NCBI GenBank assembly: GCA_043757615.1
Contig: JAYVPA010000138.1
Span: forward strand, 1-57,225
Source: Sphingobacteriales bacterium
Lineage (GTDB): Bacteria; Bacteroidota; Bacteroidia; Chitinophagales; JADIYW01
Direction of reading: 5' to 3'
DNA length: 57,225 nucleotides
Shown here piece after piece: positions 8,631 through 18,675 of this stretch. Position numbers and translations under genes: made by a program. The notes beneath the pieces are model-generated. The model saw nothing but the letters and a program-made list of their open reading frames with translations, did not search any database and was not told where the DNA came from. Position 1 is the stretch's first letter. Each line of letters begins with the position of its first letter.

Positions 8631-9284
8631 ATGGATACAACAATTATTCAACATGTTTCAAAAGATACCTTGCATTTTTTTAGTGATAATAAAGTTCTGC
8701 TGAGCCTGGTTATGGGTCTGGGTTTAAGCGCCAGCTGCGGATTCAGGGTTTTTGTGCCGCTGTTGGTGGCAAGTATTGCTACTAAAATGGGTTTGCTTCA
8801 TTTGGGGTCAGGTTTTCAATGGATGGGCAGTATGGCTGCTATTATTTGTTTTGGTGCCGCTACACTTTTTGAAATTGCGGGTTACTATATACCGTTTGTA
8901 GATAATATTTTAGATACTATCACAACACCGGCGTCCGTGATTGCAGGAACGATTCTTACGGCTTCTGCGATTTTACCGGATATTGACCCTATGCTGAAAT
9001 GGGGATTGGCGGTGATTGTCGGGGGTGGAAGTGCCGGCATCATACAAGCAGGAACTGCATTAACACGGGCAACATCCAGTGCCACTACTGCCGGTGTGGC
9101 TAATCCGATTGTAGCTACCGTAGAACATATTTTAGCGATTGTAGGAAGTATTTTCAGTATTCTTATTCCATTTGTAATTGCAGCAATAGTTTGTGTGGTA
9201 ATTGTTGTTTTATTATTTCTTGTAATAAGATATTTCAAAAAACACATTCCGAAAACGGAAGTGGTGTCTAAACAGAAAAAATAG
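8631..9284 (+). CDS. DUF4126-like integral membrane protein
   Basis: 217 aa with multiple TM helices. GLGLSASCGFRVFVPLLVASIA is typical of DUF4126. Confidence 0.6.
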   Translation: MDTTIIQHVSKDTLHFFSDNKVLLSLVMGLGLSASCGFRVFVPLLVASIATKMGLLHLGSGFQWMGSMAAIICFGAATLFEIAGYYIPFVDNILDTITTPASVIAGTILTASAILPDIDPMLKWGLAVIVGGGSAGIIQAGTALTRATSSATTAGVANPIVATVEHILAIVGSIFSILIPFVIAAIVCVVIVVLLFLVIRYFKKHIPKTEVVSKQKK

Positions 9285-9288
9285 CTTT

Positions 9289-9465
9289 TTAACCACATAG
9301 GCACATAGTTTTTTTAGATGAGCAATTCGGGTTTTGCAATTTATAATCGGACTGTGAAGAAGTATAGTGCAAGCTTTGCTTGCTCTATATTAAACTATTG
9401 ACTGCTGCTAATTATTATCTGACCTTTAAACTCTTTACTTTGTTTCTATGTATCTATGTGGTTAA
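9289..9465. repeat. intergenic element copy 3 (TTAACCACATAGGCACATAG ... CTATGTATCTATGTGGTTAA)
   Basis: Arms read directly. Inner hairpin gcaagc-ttt-gcttgc at 9369-9383. Lies between the DUF4126 stop and the radical SAM start. Confidence 0.9.
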
Positions 9466-9472
9466 TAATTAA

Positions 9473-10546
9473 ATGTCATGTATCTTGCATCTTGATTCTA
9501 TTAGTCATTTAATGAACGCTTCCACACAAAATAGTCTTAACTTTTTTTCGAAACTTACAGTTCGGAGATTGTGGAATATGGGTCTGATTTATCTTTCTTT
9601 TTATCTCACTAAATTTCTGAAAAAACCGATTCAACTCGGAATGCCTTTTTCCATTTCGTTTGAGCCAACTACTTCCTGTAATCTGCGTTGTCCGGAATGT
9701 CCAAGCGGTTTGCGTTCTTTTACCAGGGAAACTGGAATGCTGAAACAGGACTTTTTTCAAAAAACTATTGATGAAATTTCGAAAGATTTAATTTACCTCA
9801 CTTTTTATTTTCAGGGAGAACCTTATCTACATAAGAATTTTCTGGAAATGGTTTCTTATGCAAAAAAGAAAAAAATCTATACTGCAACGTCTACAAATGC
9901 GCATTATCTAACGGATAAAATGTCGAAGAAAACCATTGAAAGCGGTTTGGACAGATTGATTATTTCTATTGACGGTACTACACAGGAGACGTATCAAAGT
10001 TATCGTGTGGGTGGCCATTTAGATAAAGTGATTGAAGGCGCAAAGAATATTGTGAAATGGAAGAAAGAACTGAACGCAAAAACACCATATATTATTTTTC
10101 AGTTCTTAGTGGTGAGGCCAAACGAACACCAGATTGATGAATTAAAATTGCTGGCAAAAGAAATTGGTGTGGATGAAGTGATTTTAAAAACGGCACAGGT
10201 GTATGATTATAAAAATGGCAACGAACTGATTCCTGAAAACGAACAATATTCCCGTTACAGAAGAAATAATGACGGCACTTATTCCATCAAAAATTCATTG
10301 GAAAATAACTGCTGGAAATTATGGCATAGCTGCGTAATTACCTGGGATGGAAAAGTAGTTCCCTGTTGTTTTGATAAAGATGCGCAATATCAGTTAGGGG
10401 ATTTGCATACACATACATTTTCACAAATCTGGAACAATGATTTGTATAAAGATTTTCGTATAAAATTAGTGAAAGGCAGAAAAGAAATTGACATCTGCAC
10501 GAACTGCAGCGAAGGTTGTGAAGTCAATTTTAATTACGAAGTGTAA
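9473..10546 (+). CDS. radical SAM / SPASM-domain protein
   Basis: Has the CNLRCPEC (CxxxCxxC) radical SAM cluster motif and a Cys-rich C-terminus (CWKLWHSCVITWDGKVVPCCFD...CTNCSEGC) typical of SPASM. The real start may be MNAST at 9512. Confidence 0.75.
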   Translation: MSCILHLDSISHLMNASTQNSLNFFSKLTVRRLWNMGLIYLSFYLTKFLKKPIQLGMPFSISFEPTTSCNLRCPECPSGLRSFTRETGMLKQDFFQKTIDEISKDLIYLTFYFQGEPYLHKNFLEMVSYAKKKKIYTATSTNAHYLTDKMSKKTIESGLDRLIISIDGTTQETYQSYRVGGHLDKVIEGAKNIVKWKKELNAKTPYIIFQFLVVRPNEHQIDELKLLAKEIGVDEVILKTAQVYDYKNGNELIPENEQYSRYRRNNDGTYSIKNSLENNCWKLWHSCVITWDGKVVPCCFDKDAQYQLGDLHTHTFSQIWNNDLYKDFRIKLVKGRKEIDICTNCSEGCEVNFNYEV

Positions 10547-10553
10547 TCAGAAA

Positions 10554-13541
10554 TTACTTCCCAATCGCATCATAAATCACCTGCTGTATTTTAGGGCGAA
10601 TACCTTGTTTTGCTAATGTATTTACATCCGCACTTGGATAGACGCGATTACACAAGAAAATAAATACCAGATTATTTTTCGGGTCAGCCCAAGCGATAGT
10701 ACCTGTAAAACCTGTATGTCCAAACGATTCAGGAGAAGCAGCATCACAGGTTGGTCCATCTTGTCCTGCTGGTGTTGGCTTATCAAAACCAATGGCGCGT
10801 CTATTATTTGGATATTGTTTTGAAGTGAAGTTCTTTATTGTGGACGGCTCATAATATTTATAACCTCCATAAGTTCCGCCATTCAATAACAACTGAAAAT
10901 ATTTTGCTAAATCATTTGCATTAGTAAAGATGCCTGCGTGTCCACCCACGCCGCCCAACAGTGCTGCCCCCTGATCGTGCACAGTTCCTAATAATAAAGA
11001 TTTCCGGAAATTCTTTTCGATTTCTGTTGGCATGATTTTATTCAAATCATATCCATTCCATCGCGGATTGTATTGTGTGTAGTTCATTCCTAACGGAGAA
11101 AATAAATATTTCCTTGCAATATTCTGCAGTGAATCCTTATACGTTTTTTCTACAATCTGTTTTAATAAATAATAACCTAAATCGCTGTACTTATATTCTT
11201 TCACCGGCGATAAACCACAGTTATAAATCATGCTCCAAACAGAATCCTGAAACGATTTTTTTAAATACAAACTATCTAAAATTTTTACAGAAAAAACAGA
11301 ATCTTGCACTTTAGCATACCACAAACTATCAGGATTTCCTGCTGAATCCAGCGTGTTTTTATAAAACGGAATCCATGCTGGCAAACCTGCCTGATGACAC
11401 AGCATTTCTTTAATGATAATATCTTTTTTGTTAGAACCTTCGGGATAAGTATAATAATCACCCAATTTTTTCTCGACATTAATCTTTCCTTGTTCCTGCA
11501 TCTTCATAATTAATGGCAACACTGCTGTGACTTTACTCACAGATGCAATATCAAACAAATCTGTTGTTTTTGTAGCAAGTGTATTATCATAGGTGTGGAA
11601 ACCATATGCTTTTTCATAAATCACATTTCCGTCTTTAGCAACCAGCAATTGCGCACCGGGAAAAATCCTGTCTTCAATGGCTTTGTAAATAATCGCATCC
11701 ACTTTTTGCAAAGTCTTTGGATTCATATTCACTTCCAGCGGACTGCCATATTTTAAACGCATGTTCGGGTTTGTACATTCACCATCACCATACTGGAATT
11801 TACCAACCGTAACAGGCAAAGTGCCTTCTGCACCGCGCGCACCAAAGATGATTTGTGCAGTAATAGTTTCCGCTTCCTCCTCTTCATTATATCCAACAAT
11901 CACCGTATTAAAATCCTGGAAATATTTTAAGCTGTACGGTGAACCCATTACTGCCAATATCGTTTGATTTTGCTTATTGACTTGTTTTAAAAACGAGATT
12001 GAATTTTCTGTCAGGCCAAAATTCTTGGCGGCAAAACGACTCATATCCTGCACATCAATAATCACTAAATGATATGCTTTTAATTTTGTCAGAACATCAT
12101 TAAATGTTGCCAGAGAAGCATCTTTCGGAACAAAGAAATGGTCTACTTGTGTATATTTATCAAGCGTCGCAGAGAAGATAGTTGGATTGCTGCTGCCAAT
12201 TCCAACATGTGCAATTCGTTTTTGTAAGTTCAAAATTGGAATCATAAATGCGGAGTCTTTTACGACTGTAATCGCATTTTCCATCAACTTAAATTTCAGG
12301 AATTTTGCATTTTCGTTATTAATATCCGCATCAATGCCTTCTAATTTTATGGGTTCATATTTATTTAAACCCAACCAGTATTTTGCAGCTAAGATTTTGC
12401 GTACTTTTTGGTTAATTACTTCTTCTGAAATTATAGAATCCTGTAGCACGGCACAACGAACGCCTGCTATAGCAGCATCCACATCATCCGGAAATAACAT
12501 TACATCATTACCCGCTATAATTGCCATCACTTCTGCCACACCTGACGGATAAAATTTAGTAATGCCTTTCATGTTCATCGCATCGGTAAACACCAATCCT
12601 TTAAAACCCATGGAATCAATCAATTTTTGCTGCACAATTTTGGGTGATAAAGTTGCTGGAAAATTTGGTGCCCCATCCATTGCCAACACATTTAAATGCG
12701 ACACCATGAGACTGCCAACGCCATAACGGATAAACTGCCTGAACGGATATAACTCTACGGATTCCAGTCTTTCTATAGAATGTTTTACAACAGGTAAATC
12801 TTTATGCGAATCCACATCCGTATCGCCATGTCCCGGATAATGTTTACCACTTGCAAGAATTTTATTATCCTGCAAACCCATCATATACATCAATGCTCTG
12901 TGCACTACGCCAAATTTATTGTCTCCGAAAGAACGGTCGTTAATCACAGGATTATTCGGATTACTGTTTACATCAATATCGGGCGCAAAATTGATATGGA
13001 TGCCAATGCGTTTCATCTGTCGCGCAATTTCTTTACCCATGTCATATATCAAATCCTGATTATCAACCGCGCCCAATGTAAGCTGACGCGGATAGGAAAT
13101 CGTATTATCCAAACGCATCCCCAATCCCCACTCACCGTCGAAACCAATCCACAGCGGCGTTTTACTTTCTGCCTGATAACGGTTGGTTAATTCTGCCTGT
13201 TTTTGCGGTGTTCCCTGAAAAAAAATCAAGCCGCCAACTTTATAATCTTTAATGTATTTATCAATTGCCTGATAGCTTGTTTCATCTTTATTGGAATATG
13301 CTGCCACCATAAATAATTGCCCGATTTTTTCATCCAACGTCATATTTCTCAACATAGAATCCACCCAAATATTAGAGGTATCTTTTAGATAAGGAGGATT
13401 AATTGCTTTAGAGTACACAGCATGCAGTAATAAGTATGCAGTCAATAATTGTATAATTACAGTATTATTGAATGGTAGAATATTTTTCAATTTTTTTAAA
13501 AATATGTTTGTGTCTTTGTCTTTCATTGTATAATTATCCAA
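10554..13541 (-). CDS. fusion protein: glycoside hydrolase family 3 (NagZ-like beta-N-acetylhexosaminidase) N-terminal half plus beta-lactamase-fold serine hydrolase C-terminal half
   Basis: GH3 motifs are KHYPGHGDTDVDSH and FTDAMNM. The C-terminal half has the SxxK motif (DIASVSKV) and GHTGFTGT, typical of class C/AmpH-like serine hydrolases. Confidence 0.8.
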   Translation of the reverse strand: MDNYTMKDKDTNIFLKKLKNILPFNNTVIIQLLTAYLLLHAVYSKAINPPYLKDTSNIWVDSMLRNMTLDEKIGQLFMVAAYSNKDETSYQAIDKYIKDYKVGGLIFFQGTPQKQAELTNRYQAESKTPLWIGFDGEWGLGMRLDNTISYPRQLTLGAVDNQDLIYDMGKEIARQMKRIGIHINFAPDIDVNSNPNNPVINDRSFGDNKFGVVHRALMYMMGLQDNKILASGKHYPGHGDTDVDSHKDLPVVKHSIERLESVELYPFRQFIRYGVGSLMVSHLNVLAMDGAPNFPATLSPKIVQQKLIDSMGFKGLVFTDAMNMKGITKFYPSGVAEVMAIIAGNDVMLFPDDVDAAIAGVRCAVLQDSIISEEVINQKVRKILAAKYWLGLNKYEPIKLEGIDADINNENAKFLKFKLMENAITVVKDSAFMIPILNLQKRIAHVGIGSSNPTIFSATLDKYTQVDHFFVPKDASLATFNDVLTKLKAYHLVIIDVQDMSRFAAKNFGLTENSISFLKQVNKQNQTILAVMGSPYSLKYFQDFNTVIVGYNEEEEAETITAQIIFGARGAEGTLPVTVGKFQYGDGECTNPNMRLKYGSPLEVNMNPKTLQKVDAIIYKAIEDRIFPGAQLLVAKDGNVIYEKAYGFHTYDNTLATKTTDLFDIASVSKVTAVLPLIMKMQEQGKINVEKKLGDYYTYPEGSNKKDIIIKEMLCHQAGLPAWIPFYKNTLDSAGNPDSLWYAKVQDSVFSVKILDSLYLKKSFQDSVWSMIYNCGLSPVKEYKYSDLGYYLLKQIVEKTYKDSLQNIARKYLFSPLGMNYTQYNPRWNGYDLNKIMPTEIEKNFRKSLLLGTVHDQGAALLGGVGGHAGIFTNANDLAKYFQLLLNGGTYGGYKYYEPSTIKNFTSKQYPNNRRAIGFDKPTPAGQDGPTCDAASPESFGHTGFTGTIAWADPKNNLVFIFLCNRVYPSADVNTLAKQGIRPKIQQVIYDAIGK

Positions 13542-13730
13542 TTCTCTAATTCACTCATTGTCCTCAAAAATCAGTCCTAAATGTGCTCAAACATAAGAAA
13601 ATCTGTTGTTTATTAATCAGCAAAATGTACACCTTTGTGAAAACGGCATTTTTGATGATAATTTAATGGATCAAATAACAGCATTTAACACGTTGTAACG
13701 GGTACAATTTCGTATTATTGTGTACGTATT

Positions 13731-15620
13731 ATGTCTGATATTATAAAACTTTTACCTGATGCTATTGCCAACCAGATTGCTGCCGGTGAAGTGATTCAAC
13801 GACCGGCTTCGGTGGTGAAGGAATTGCTGGAAAACAGTGTGGATTCAGGTGCAAAAAGTATTCAGTTAATCATTAAAGATGCAGGTCGTGCGCTGATACA
13901 AGTGGTAGATGACGGCTGCGGAATGAGTGAAACGGATGCACGCATGTGTTTCGAACGACATGCTACTTCTAAAATTAAAAAAATTGAAGATTTATTTTCA
14001 TTATATACGTTTGGTTTTCGTGGTGAAGCAATGGCAAGCATTGCTGCTGTTGCGCAGGTGGAAATGAAAACCAAACTGCATGACAAAGAAATCGGAACGA
14101 TATTGATTACAGAAGGCTCAAAAGTAATTTTGCAGGAACCAACCGCGACAAATTCCGGCACATCTATTTCTGTGAAAAATTTATTTTACAATGTACCTGC
14201 ACGTCGTAATTTTCTGAAATCAAATTCTATTGAAACCAAACATATCTTCGATGAATTTGTGCATGTGGCATTAGCAAATCCATCTGTCTTCTTTTCTTTG
14301 CATCATAACGGTATTGAAGTGTATCATTTGAAAGCTGCCAATATCCGTCAGCGTATCGTAAATATTTTTGGAAAAAATCATAACGAAAGGCTGGTTCCGA
14401 TAGAAGAAATTACTGATTACGTTAGTGTGCGCGGTTTTATCGGTAAACCGGAAGTAAGCAAGAAAACGCGCGGTGAACAATTCTTTTTTGTCAACAATCG
14501 TTTTATAAAAAATAATTTCCTGAATTACGCTATTTCTAAAGCATATGAAGGACTAATTACTGATAAAAATTTCCCTTTTTATTGTTTGTTTATAGATATC
14601 GAGCCTGGCGCTATTGACATCAATGTACATCCGACGAAACAGGAAATAAAATTTGAAGATGAGAAGTCTATTTATTTATTACTGAATGCTGCCGCGAAAC
14701 ATGGTTTATCGCAATACAGTGTGATGCCTACGATAGATTTTGAACATGAATCTACTTTTAATCAGTTAGTGGATGAACGCGTTTACACTGAACAGCCTTT
14801 TAAAGTGGTGCAATCGAAGCTGAATGCAGAGAGCAATACGCGAGGTTCGTATCATTCACCATTTGATAAAGATATTCCGGTTACACATCAGAGGGATTTC
14901 TCTGAAAATAAAAACGGCAATTTTGATGACTGGAAAAAACTGTACGAATTTGATGAGGAAACACAGGAGCGTTCTGTAACGATTCGCAGTAAAATGGATC
15001 AGTTGCAGGCATTGGAAAATGAAAATGAGATTTCCAATAATCCTTTTAAAGATGAACGTTTTGAACCGATTCAATTACATGAACGTTATATTCTTACTCA
15101 AATAAAAAGTGGTTTCATTTTAGTGGATCAGCACAAAGCACATCAGCGTATTTTATTCGAAAAGTATCTAAGAAATTTATCAAATCAGCCCGCTTCTACG
15201 CAGCAAACTTTATTTCCTAAAACACTGGAATTAAATAACAGCGATTCGGAAATACTAAAAGAAATCATTCCTGAATTAAAAGCATTGGGTTTTGACATAC
15301 AGTTTTTTGGCGGCACTACTTTTGTCGTGCATGGTATGCCCGCAGATTTACGCGATGAAAATGAAACTCTATTGATAGAAAAATTGTTAGAAGATTTTAA
15401 AACGAGCAATAAAACGGATAATTTTGATAAACGTAAAAATGTAGCAAAAACATTTGCTTACCAGACAGCGACAAAATCAGGAACAACACTGGATAAAAAT
15501 TCCATGCAGCAATTAATAGATGAATTATTCGCATGCGAACAACCGACTATAAATCCTGCGGGTCTGGCTACGTTTATACAATACTCATTCGACGAAATTG
15601 AACGGAAATTTGGTAATTAA
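13731..15620 (+). CDS. mutL: DNA mismatch repair protein MutL
   Basis: Canonical MutL N-terminus: IANQIAAGEVIQRPASVVKELLENSVDSGA, DDGCGM, FGFRGEA. 629 aa. Confidence 0.95.
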   Translation: MSDIIKLLPDAIANQIAAGEVIQRPASVVKELLENSVDSGAKSIQLIIKDAGRALIQVVDDGCGMSETDARMCFERHATSKIKKIEDLFSLYTFGFRGEAMASIAAVAQVEMKTKLHDKEIGTILITEGSKVILQEPTATNSGTSISVKNLFYNVPARRNFLKSNSIETKHIFDEFVHVALANPSVFFSLHHNGIEVYHLKAANIRQRIVNIFGKNHNERLVPIEEITDYVSVRGFIGKPEVSKKTRGEQFFFVNNRFIKNNFLNYAISKAYEGLITDKNFPFYCLFIDIEPGAIDINVHPTKQEIKFEDEKSIYLLLNAAAKHGLSQYSVMPTIDFEHESTFNQLVDERVYTEQPFKVVQSKLNAESNTRGSYHSPFDKDIPVTHQRDFSENKNGNFDDWKKLYEFDEETQERSVTIRSKMDQLQALENENEISNNPFKDERFEPIQLHERYILTQIKSGFILVDQHKAHQRILFEKYLRNLSNQPASTQQTLFPKTLELNNSDSEILKEIIPELKALGFDIQFFGGTTFVVHGMPADLRDENETLLIEKLLEDFKTSNKTDNFDKRKNVAKTFAYQTATKSGTTLDKNSMQQLIDELFACEQPTINPAGLATFIQYSFDEIERKFGN

Positions 15621-15641
15621 ATCTCCGCTGACAAATATATT

Positions 15642-15748
15642 TTAACCACATAGAGACATAGTCTTATTTTATAATGAAAAAAAGAAGAATTATAGAAAAT
15701 CAGAGTTTTCATCTTCGATGAAAATATTTTGTGTCTTTGAGTGAAAAT
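15642..15748. repeat. intergenic element copy 4, right arm degenerate (TTAACCACATAGAGACATAG ... ttttgtgtctttgagtgaaaa)
   Basis: The left arm is perfect for the family. The right arm matches at ~13 of 20 positions. Inner hairpin ttttcatc-ttc-gatgaaaa at 15706-15724. Lies between the mutL stop and the rhomboid start. Confidence 0.65.
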
Positions 15749-15766
15749 AAATAAACAAGAAAATAC

Positions 15767-16501
15767 ATGTCACAATTTGGAAATAATTTTAGTCTGAATA
15801 ATACTACCCCTGTTGTAAAAAACCTCATTTTACTGAATATTTTTGTATTCATTGCCTGCCTTATATATCCGAGTCTTACAGATATTTTAGCTATGCACTA
15901 TCCAACTAATCCTTCGTTTAAGCCATGGCAAATTATAACGCACATGTTTACGCATGCAAATCCGCGGGAAAACTTCAGTAACATCTTTCACATTTTATTC
16001 AACATGTATGCTTTATATACTTTTGGTGCCATACTCGAAAACGAAAAAGTATTAGGCAGCAAGCGTTTTGCATTTCTGTATTTATTTTCAGGGCTGGGCG
16101 CTATTGCTTTTCATTTAGCAATAAGTGCCCTAACAACTTATCATTATACAGGAACAGTTTTTCTTAACAATGACACTGTTGCTCATCTCAATTTAAGTGA
16201 AAGTGCATTAAAAAATCTGGGTGCTATTTACTTTCAAAGTTTAATCGGTGCCAGTGGCGCGATTTATGGATTACTTGCGGGCTTTGGTTATCTGTTTCCC
16301 AACGCGCCTTTGATGTTCTTATTTGTACCTGTTCCTATAAAAGCAAAATACATGATTCCCTTAGTAATTATCTCCTACGACATTGCATTTGCACAAGTTG
16401 GTTTAGATAATGTAGCGCATTATGCGCATATCGGCGGTGCAGTATTCGGATTTTTATTAGTTTTATTCTGGAACAAGACGAACCAAAAAACGTTCTATTA
16501 A
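15767..16501 (+). CDS. rhomboid family intramembrane serine protease
   Basis: HMFTHAN, GASGAIYGL (catalytic Ser) and HIGGAVFG (catalytic His), with multiple TM segments. Confidence 0.8.
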   Translation: MSQFGNNFSLNNTTPVVKNLILLNIFVFIACLIYPSLTDILAMHYPTNPSFKPWQIITHMFTHANPRENFSNIFHILFNMYALYTFGAILENEKVLGSKRFAFLYLFSGLGAIAFHLAISALTTYHYTGTVFLNNDTVAHLNLSESALKNLGAIYFQSLIGASGAIYGLLAGFGYLFPNAPLMFLFVPVPIKAKYMIPLVIISYDIAFAQVGLDNVAHYAHIGGAVFGFLLVLFWNKTNQKTFY

Positions 16502-16503
16502 TA

Positions 16504-17409
16504 ATGAATATCTGGCACGACATAAAATGGCAATACAGATACGGCTCAGATTTAATCAAATTAATCCTGATCAACATAGCTGTTTTTATTATTATCAACT
16601 TAGTCAACATTCCATTTATTCTTTTCTCAAAGAGCATTCCTTTTAATATTGTAAACTTTCTTTCCTTATACGCATCTCCTTATAATTTGCTGCGCCACCC
16701 CTGGGGAATTTTTACTTACATGTTTATCCATGAAGGTTTTTTTCATCTTCTATTTAATATGCTTGGGCTGTATTGGTTCGGACAAATTGTGCAGGACATG
16801 ATCGGCAAACGTAAAATCCTTCCAATATTTATTTTTGGCGGAGTCTTTGGTGGACTCGTATATGTTTTAGCATACAACACTTTTCCTGTATTTAGTTCTG
16901 TAGTTGCAAGTTCTTTAAATATGGGCGCATCCGCCGGAGTAATGGCCATTGTTGTAGCAGCAGCTACTATTGCACCTGATTATGAAATCAGGTTAGCGAT
17001 ATTTGGTCCGATAAGAATAAAATGGATTGCATTTGCTTACGTACTGTTAGATTTGATTAATATTCAAAATGGAAATGCCGGTGGTCATATAGCACATTTA
17101 GGCGGTGCATTGTTTGGTTTTATCTTTATCAAATTACTGCAAAACGGAACTGATTTATCAAAACCTTTTTATGCAGTTACAGACTTCTTTCCAAATCTTT
17201 TTAAAAAGAAACCGAAATTAAAAGTAGAGTATAAAAAAGAATATGCGTATACCCATACGCAAACTAAAAGCAATACCAAACCTCAAAATGATATTGTCAA
17301 TAAACAGGAAAAACTAGACGCCATTCTGGATAAAATTAACCGATCGAGTTATGATAGTTTATCCAAAGACGAGAAAGATTTTTTATTTAAAATAAGCCGG
17401 GAAGATTAA
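16504..17409 (+). CDS. rhomboid family intramembrane serine protease (second paralog, with charged C-terminal tail)
   Basis: FIHEGFFHLLFNM, GASAGVMAI and HLGGALFG. Starts 2 nt after the stop of the upstream rhomboid. Confidence 0.8.
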   Translation: MNIWHDIKWQYRYGSDLIKLILINIAVFIIINLVNIPFILFSKSIPFNIVNFLSLYASPYNLLRHPWGIFTYMFIHEGFFHLLFNMLGLYWFGQIVQDMIGKRKILPIFIFGGVFGGLVYVLAYNTFPVFSSVVASSLNMGASAGVMAIVVAAATIAPDYEIRLAIFGPIRIKWIAFAYVLLDLINIQNGNAGGHIAHLGGALFGFIFIKLLQNGTDLSKPFYAVTDFFPNLFKKKPKLKVEYKKEYAYTHTQTKSNTKPQNDIVNKQEKLDAILDKINRSSYDSLSKDEKDFLFKISRED

Positions 17410-17510
17410 TCGCTGATTACACTGATTTTAATGATATTAAAATGGGTATGATGATATGATTTTAAAGAAATAAAGAAAGTTTTATATCTTTCTAAAATCT
17501 AAATAGAAAA

Positions 17511-18632
17511 ATGAAACTTATAAAATGGCTCATATCGTTTACTTCACGCACAGTGAATATTGTCTTTGTAGCATTGCTCCTGATTAGTTTATCTGCTTCT
17601 TATATTAGCCCTGAAAGAATATGGTTCTTACCATTTAATGGAATGACACTTCCACTTTTCATATTGATTAATCTGGTTTTTGTTATCATCTGGATATTAC
17701 GCAAAAGACATTTTGCCGTAGTTTCCTTACTCAGCATTGCAGCCTGTCTGCCGCAATTATTTAAATTATTTGCAACAAATTTAGGGAAACCAAAAATTGA
17801 AACACAGCTGACAAAAACAATCAAAGTCATGTCATATAATGTACGAGATTTTGATTTATATAACTGGAGTGAAAATGCAAATTCTAAAGAAAAAATATTT
17901 CAAACTATAAAAGAAAAAAATCCGGATGTGATTTGCTTTCAGGAATTTTATAATGACACTACACAAGAATTCAATACCATACAACAATTACAAAAATTAG
18001 GTTATAAAAATTATTCTTTTACAAGAGAACTCGTGTTACGAAATACTGATGAATGGGGAATTGCATTATTTTCAAAATTTCCTATCAAAGAGCAAGGCAA
18101 TATTATAAAACAACCTTTTAAAACAGGTTACGGCAAAAAACCATTTAAAGGTTTATATGCTGATATTGTGATTGGGGATACGGTGATTCGTTTTGTAAAT
18201 GTTCATTTGCAATCTATTTATTTCGGTACACAGGATTATGAAACTATAGAAGAATTCCGCGCTACACAAAATCTGGATGAACATGGTGCAAAAAACATCA
18301 TCATCAAATTAAAGAAAGCATTTCAACGCAGGGCACAGCAGGCAGATGAATTAAAGACATTTCTGAATGAGCAGACCAAGCCAATCATTTTATGCGGGGA
18401 TTTTAATGATTTACCAAACTCATATGCTGCAAATACAGTTTCAAAAAATATGAAAGATGCTTTTTTAGATTACAGTTTTGGACTTGGACATACCTACAAT
18501 GGAAAAATTCCATTTTTGCGTATTGATTATATGCTTCTCACTCCTTCTTTCAATATTCACAAGTTTCAGATTGTGAATAATAAAATCTCCGATCATTTTC
18601 CTGTTTATATGGAATGCAGTCTGGGGAAATAA
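17511..18632 (+). CDS. endonuclease/exonuclease/phosphatase (EEP) family protein with N-terminal TM segments
   Basis: EEP motifs VMSYNV, CFQE, GDFND and SDHFPV. Confidence 0.75.
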   Translation: MKLIKWLISFTSRTVNIVFVALLLISLSASYISPERIWFLPFNGMTLPLFILINLVFVIIWILRKRHFAVVSLLSIAACLPQLFKLFATNLGKPKIETQLTKTIKVMSYNVRDFDLYNWSENANSKEKIFQTIKEKNPDVICFQEFYNDTTQEFNTIQQLQKLGYKNYSFTRELVLRNTDEWGIALFSKFPIKEQGNIIKQPFKTGYGKKPFKGLYADIVIGDTVIRFVNVHLQSIYFGTQDYETIEEFRATQNLDEHGAKNIIIKLKKAFQRRAQQADELKTFLNEQTKPIILCGDFNDLPNSYAANTVSKNMKDAFLDYSFGLGHTYNGKIPFLRIDYMLLTPSFNIHKFQIVNNKISDHFPVYMECSLGK

Positions 18633-18675
18633 TTATAAGAGATTGAACAGATTCCTCACTATGTTCGGAATGACG

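Noticed and set aside
2058-15748. CCACATAG repeat copies as a CRISPR array or integron attC sites
   Set aside because: Copies are kilobases apart and occur as inverted pairs around ~120-bp interiors, not as regularly spaced direct repeats. No cas or intI genes are in the window.
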